Part shown: positions 37,200-41,296 of the stretch, piece by piece | Layout of the letters: every line of letters starts with the position of its first letter | How positions within the stretch are numbered: position 1 is the first letter of the stretch | NCBI GenBank assembly: GCA_019058015.1 | Contig: JAHLWH010000263.1 | Coordinates: forward strand, 1-41,296 | Length of the DNA: 41,296 nucleotides | Source: Promethearchaeota archaeon | Lineage (GTDB): Archaea > Asgardarchaeota > Lokiarchaeia > Sigyniarchaeales > SOKP01 | Direction of reading: 5' to 3' | Made by a program: the position numbers and the translations under genes | Notes under the pieces: generated by a model | Databases searched by the model: none | Told to the model about the DNA's origin: nothing | The model's input: the letters and a program-made list of their open reading frames with translations, nothing else

Positions 37200-39533
37200 T
37201 TATTCTTGATTTTTTTGATCTAAACTTTTTGGAATGGTAAAAACAAAAGTTGAACCTTTTCCTACTTCGCTTGTAAAAGATATTGTTCCTCCGTGCATAT
37301 ATACTAATTTTCTAGTTATTGGTAATCCTAGCCCACTTCCTAAAATATCAATAACCTCTGGTGATTCTACCCTCTTAAATTCCTTAAAGATTATATCAAA
37401 ATCTTCCTTTGCAAACCCTATGCCTGTATCAATCACTTGAAATTCCCACTGATCTTTTTTCTCCAAAATTTTAAGTGTTATTTTTCATTCTTTAGTGAAT
37501 TTTATGGCATTAGTTAATAAGTTATAAAATATTTCCTTTAACCTTATTGGATCTGCATAGATAAATTTATCCGTATCTAACCCAATAATTTCAAAAATTA
37601 ATTTTTTCTTTTCATACATAGATTGAATTGATGACTTTATATGGGCAATATGACTTTTTAAGTTAATTTCTTGGAATCTTAAAATTAATTCGCCCGCTTC
37701 AATTCTTGAAATATCTAAAATCTGATCTATTATATGCAATAAGTGTTCTCCAGAAGATTTAATATCCTTAAGAAAATCGAATTGATCTTCATTTACTGGT
37801 CCATAAGAACTCTCAAGAAGTAAATCAGTAAATCCAATAATTGCATTTAGAGGAGTTCTTAACTCATGAGACATTGAACCCATAAATTCTGTCTTAAACT
37901 GTGAGGCTTTTACGATTTGCTCAAGATATAATTTTTGTTGGGCACAAATTTCTTGAAATTCCTTAGTTTTTATTTCTACTTCCATTTCCATTTGCTCTGT
38001 AAATTTTTCTTTTAACATCTCCATTTTTTTGCTTTCTGTAACGTCTCGTATGATACCAAAAAATCCAATTTTTTTATTTTTTGAATCTTGCTTTAAAGAT
38101 ACAGAGAATTGAATATCTCTTTTTGTGCCATTTTTTCTTATAATTTTACAATCAATAACTTTTTGCATCTTCTCAGTTCTATAAACGCTATTAAAGGATT
38201 TAAAAGCCTTTTTCACATATCCTTCTGCAAAAAATTGTTGATAATTCATACCGACTAATTCATCTCTTGAATATCCTAAGATATTGCACAAAGAATCATT
38301 AAAAAATGTAAGATTTCCTTTAAGATCCACATCGTAATATGCTTCTTTAATATTTTCGAGAATAGATCTATATTTTTCTTCAGATGTTTTTAATTTTTCC
38401 TCCATCTTCTTACGTTCAGTGATATTATGAAAAATAGTTAAATTTGCGGGTTCTCCATTATATATAATAATACTTACATTAACCGACACATCGATTTTCT
38501 TCCCATCTTTACTAATAAGTAGGGTATCGTATTTTTTAAGAACATCTTCTCCCATCATTCTACGTTTATGCCGATTTGATACTTCATCAATTACTTCGGG
38601 ATGCACTATAATTTTATATGAAGTATCTATTAATTCTTCACGAGTATAACCCGTCATTTTACAAATACTGAGATTTACATATTTGAATAGATCGTTTTGG
38701 ATAATAACAATGCCATCATTAGCCTCTTCGACTACCACTCTATATTTTTCTTCTGATTCTTTTAATTTTTGCTCTGCTATTTTTCTCTCTGTATTGTCTT
38801 GAGTTATAGTTTGATAAAAAGTTTTTTTACCTATTTTGACTACTGAAGTTTGAGCATTCACCCAAACTCTACTGCCATCTTTTTTATAACCTTGTAATTC
38901 TAATGGTTCAGGAGTTTCTCCTTTTTGCAACATTTCTTGTCTTTTCTTTAATATTGGTAAATAATCTGCACTAATTTCATGAAGTTTTAAATAACTTTCA
39001 CCAATTAATTCATCTTTTTTATATCCAAATATTTTCTCAGTAGTAGAATTGCAGTCGAAAATTTTTCCTCGCTTGTCCAATATAAATACGGGAGATGGAA
39101 GCCCATCGAATAAATAACGATATCTTTCTTCAGATTCTTTTAATTTTTGTTCTGCTAATCTCTGTTTTGTAATATCTCTAGCAACCCCAAAAATTCCAAA
39201 AATTTTTCCATCCTCTTTTAGCGGAATGCCATATGTTTCGACATAAATAAAATCTCCATTTTTCTTTTTAAGTTTATATTCTGTAGGTGTTATTTGCCTT
39301 CCAAAATCTTTAATTTCTGTTAATGCCTTAAATGCTACTGTTAATTGATCTTTACTAATCAAATCATTGAAACTTAAATTGTTAATTTCTTCCCTATTAT
39401 AACCAAGTTTTTCTAACGTGATTTCATTTGCATCAAGAAATTTTCCTCTAAAATCATGAACGTAAATCAAATCTAAAGAATATTCAAAAAGATCCTTAAA
39501 TCTTTCTCTAACTAACTCTAAATCATAAGTCAT
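37200..39533 (-). pseudogene. 4xPAS sensor histidine kinase interrupted by a single in-frame TGA (37485-37487)
   Basis: Four PAS/PAC repeats, H-box MSHELRTPLNAIIG and N-box NLLTNAIKFT, then TGA, then the same frame continues KITLKILEKKDQWEFQVIDTGIG...GSGLGL...GKGSTFVFTIP. The two track ORFs are one gene. Confidence 0.85.
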
Positions 39534-39878
39534 ATTTCCTCAAACCAGTATGTTTAAACCACTTATAAGTCTTTTGGGTTAATCTCCTAAAAAATTCTGT
39601 CTTAATTTTATTTACCCTTATATTTTTGAATAAAAAATAGGATTTATTAATCTAACTTTTTTGAAAAAATTTGAGTTAAACGTTCATAAACTTCCTTAAG
39701 ACTTTTTCAACAAATTTGAGATTTTAAGATAAAATAAGTCCCTTAAAAATTTAGACTAAAACCAGAAAAGCGAGACGTCAAGGAATCTTAAAAACATAAA
39801 AAATCAAAAAATAATAAAATTATAATGTAGGAAGTCTTTAAATTACTTATTGATAATTTAATATTATTTAATTAATTT

Positions 39879-39986
39879 GGGGGTATAGTCTAGTATGGAT
39901 AGGGCGCCAGCTTGCGGAATATCATAGTAATATTGCTAAATATTGCAAATAGCTGGAAATCGAGGGTTCAAATCCCCCTACTCCCA
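39879..39986 (+). tRNA. tRNA-Arg(GCG) with 33-nt intron at canonical position 37/38 (39918-39950)
   Basis: Acceptor stem GGGGGTA/TACTCCC-A, D arm GTCT..GGGC with A20 (Arg identity element), anticodon stem CCAGC/GCTGG with loop TT-GCG-G|A, T loop TTCAAAT. BHB-like helix TTGC:GCAA. CCA is not encoded. Confidence 0.93.
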
Positions 39987-41296
39987 TTTTTTTCTTTTTT
40001 TTTAAATCGACTTTTATAAAATAATTGAAAAGTACGGAGCGTCCTTTCAATATTGCGAGCGTTAAGAAAGAGATATTTATAATATAAGATATTTAATTCA
40101 TCTTTATTTACATCTTCAAATGTAAAATGAATCATATTTACAGGCCTAATTGAATCAACGTTAAAAAATGGTTTTAAGACGGGAATAAATATTTTTGTTA
40201 TTGTTTCTTTTTTTTCAACAAGTCTTGAAGGATCTTCTTTTGATTTAAAAAATAAAGTAGTTAAAAAAAGTAAATGAAAAAGATTTGCAATGAAAAGATA
40301 TTTGCAGAGAAAAAAAAGTTGTTCAATCGTGTTTATTGAAAAGTTTAATTTTAATTTCTGTCCAATACTTGTTAAATTTGTTTTTTCATCAAATTCCATT
40401 TCAATATATCCTTGATTTATTAGAAATTCCTTTAGACCAGGATTTTTCTCATTATCAAAGGCAGCCCAATATTCTTGGAATCCTTCTATATAAAAAATAT
40501 CATCTTTAAAGTTGAGCGAAGTATAATATAATTTTCCAGTTTTTATTTCTATTCCAATTCCCTCTTGAAGCGGAATTGAACTTAAAGTCCATGCAGATTC
40601 TGCAAATTCAATTGAATATGCTTGAAATTTATCTAAGATTTCTTTAAATAATTTTGAATAGTTTTCAATTTTAGATTTGTATTTTTGTATATAGATCAAT
40701 TCTTTTTGAATTGTTTCCAGTAGAGTAATGTAAACACACATGAAATTTTTTCGATATTTTTTTATGATTTTAATTGCTTCTTCTTGTTCCTCTATAGTAA
40801 TTCCAATTTTATTTAATTTTGAAATATTTATTATTTGTTGAAAATCACTTGATATTTTTTCTTTCTCATTTATTTCATAGCTATTCTTTATAAAATGAAA
40901 TTTTATAGATTTTTTAATATCTGGAGTAGATAAAATGATTTTTTCTTTCATTTCTGGAAATTTAATTATAATTTTTTTAATTTGTTGTGCAATTAAATTT
41001 AGTCTTTCTCTATTTTTCTTATCAATTTTCCGAGTATCGATTAAAGGTTCATTTTTTTTTGAGTTATTGATAAGAGTATCGTTGATGTAGTAAAATTCTC
41101 TTATAAAATAAACACCATCATCGAAATATTTTAAATTTTTTAGACTTCTCTTTTCCCATTTAATTAGGAATGGGTCTGGAATTATTATGTCAATTTGTTT
41201 AGTTCTAATTAGATCCATAAGTATTTCTATAAATTCAGCTTCTGAAATAGGACTCTCAACGTTTGGATGACAACAAATTTTATGTGCCCAAATATA
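39968..41296 (-). CDS. Hypothetical protein, 5'-truncated by the window edge; last 19 nt overlap the tRNA antisense
   Basis: The frame is open from 41296 (YIWAHKICCHPNVESPISEAEFIEIL-MDL...) to TGA at 39968-39970 inside the tRNA T loop. No family recognised. Confidence 0.7.
   Translation of the reverse strand, partial: YIWAHKICCHPNVESPISEAEFIEILMDLIRTKQIDIIIPDPFLIKWEKRSLKNLKYFDDGVYFIREFYYINDTLINNSKKNEPLIDTRKIDKKNRERLNLIAQQIKKIIIKFPEMKEKIILSTPDIKKSIKFHFIKNSYEINEKEKISSDFQQIINISKLNKIGITIEEQEEAIKIIKKYRKNFMCVYITLLETIQKELIYIQKYKSKIENYSKLFKEILDKFQAYSIEFAESAWTLSSIPLQEGIGIEIKTGKLYYTSLNFKDDIFYIEGFQEYWAAFDNEKNPGLKEFLINQGYIEMEFDEKTNLTSIGQKLKLNFSINTIEQLFFLCKYLFIANLFHLLFLTTLFFKSKEDPSRLVEKKETITKIFIPVLKPFFNVDSIRPVNMIHFTFEDVNKDELNILYYKYLFLNARNIERTLRTFQLFYKSRFKKKEKNGSRGI

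Noticed and set aside
37485-37487. UGA reassigned to Gly (code 25) or decoded as selenocysteine
   Set aside because: Several complete genes here end in TGA at their natural C-termini (6930, 15396, 23278, 27303). The site aligns to Gly rather than Cys, and I saw no SECIS-like hairpin.
38380-39140. Recurring ttcagattcttttaatttttg-like sequences as a DNA repeat array
   Set aside because: These are the coding linkers (EQKLKESEEKYR) between PAS domains, not CRISPR or mobile repeats.
1-41296. CRISPR array, rRNA, integrase or intact transposase
   Set aside because: No regularly spaced repeats, no long GC-rich structured RNA and no recombinase/transposase motifs were seen.
39968-41296. Last ORF as an SSV-type split integrase
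   Set aside because: It overlaps a tRNA, but no tyrosine-recombinase R...HxxR...Y motifs are visible in the available part.

Overview
AT-rich archaeal DNA, most likely from an Asgard archaeon of the Lokiarchaeia type. This assignment is an inference from the gene content: archaeal markers (DHQ synthase II, L35Ae, an intron-containing tRNA, GH57) occur together with many eukaryotic-signature proteins. Housekeeping and metabolic genes include GH57 (partial), aroB', rpl35ae, two M20 peptidases, a secernin/C69 peptidase, a URO-D-family protein, dinB, glycogen synthase, an XPD helicase, Fe-S/flavoprotein genes, a GT4, an ADP-ribosylglycohydrolase and a PAS histidine kinase. Membrane-trafficking-type proteins include a longin-like protein, a Snf7/ESCRT-III subunit, a uDENN/NPR2-like protein, a Rab-like GTPase and presenilin. 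The main candidate for a new system is the Snf7 gene facing a 618-aa protein with an apparent RING-like Zn finger / helical region / PH-GRAM(GLUE)-like / N-Y-P-Q low-complexity / steadiness-box architecture, which could be a one-chain ESCRT adaptor. Several signals are missed by the ORF track: (i) XPD and probably two other genes appear to start at non-AUG codons (ATC/ATT) behind Shine-Dalgarno-like motifs; (ii) a 154-bp direct duplication of the dinB 3' end brackets a 1.6-kb insert; (iii) there are decayed tnpB, ATC-hydrolase-like and Rossmann-fold remnants; (iv) a single in-frame TGA splits the histidine kinase; (v) tRNA-Arg(GCG) carries a 33-nt intron and is overlapped by an antisense orphan ORF. 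All domain calls come from motif reading by eye, not database searches.
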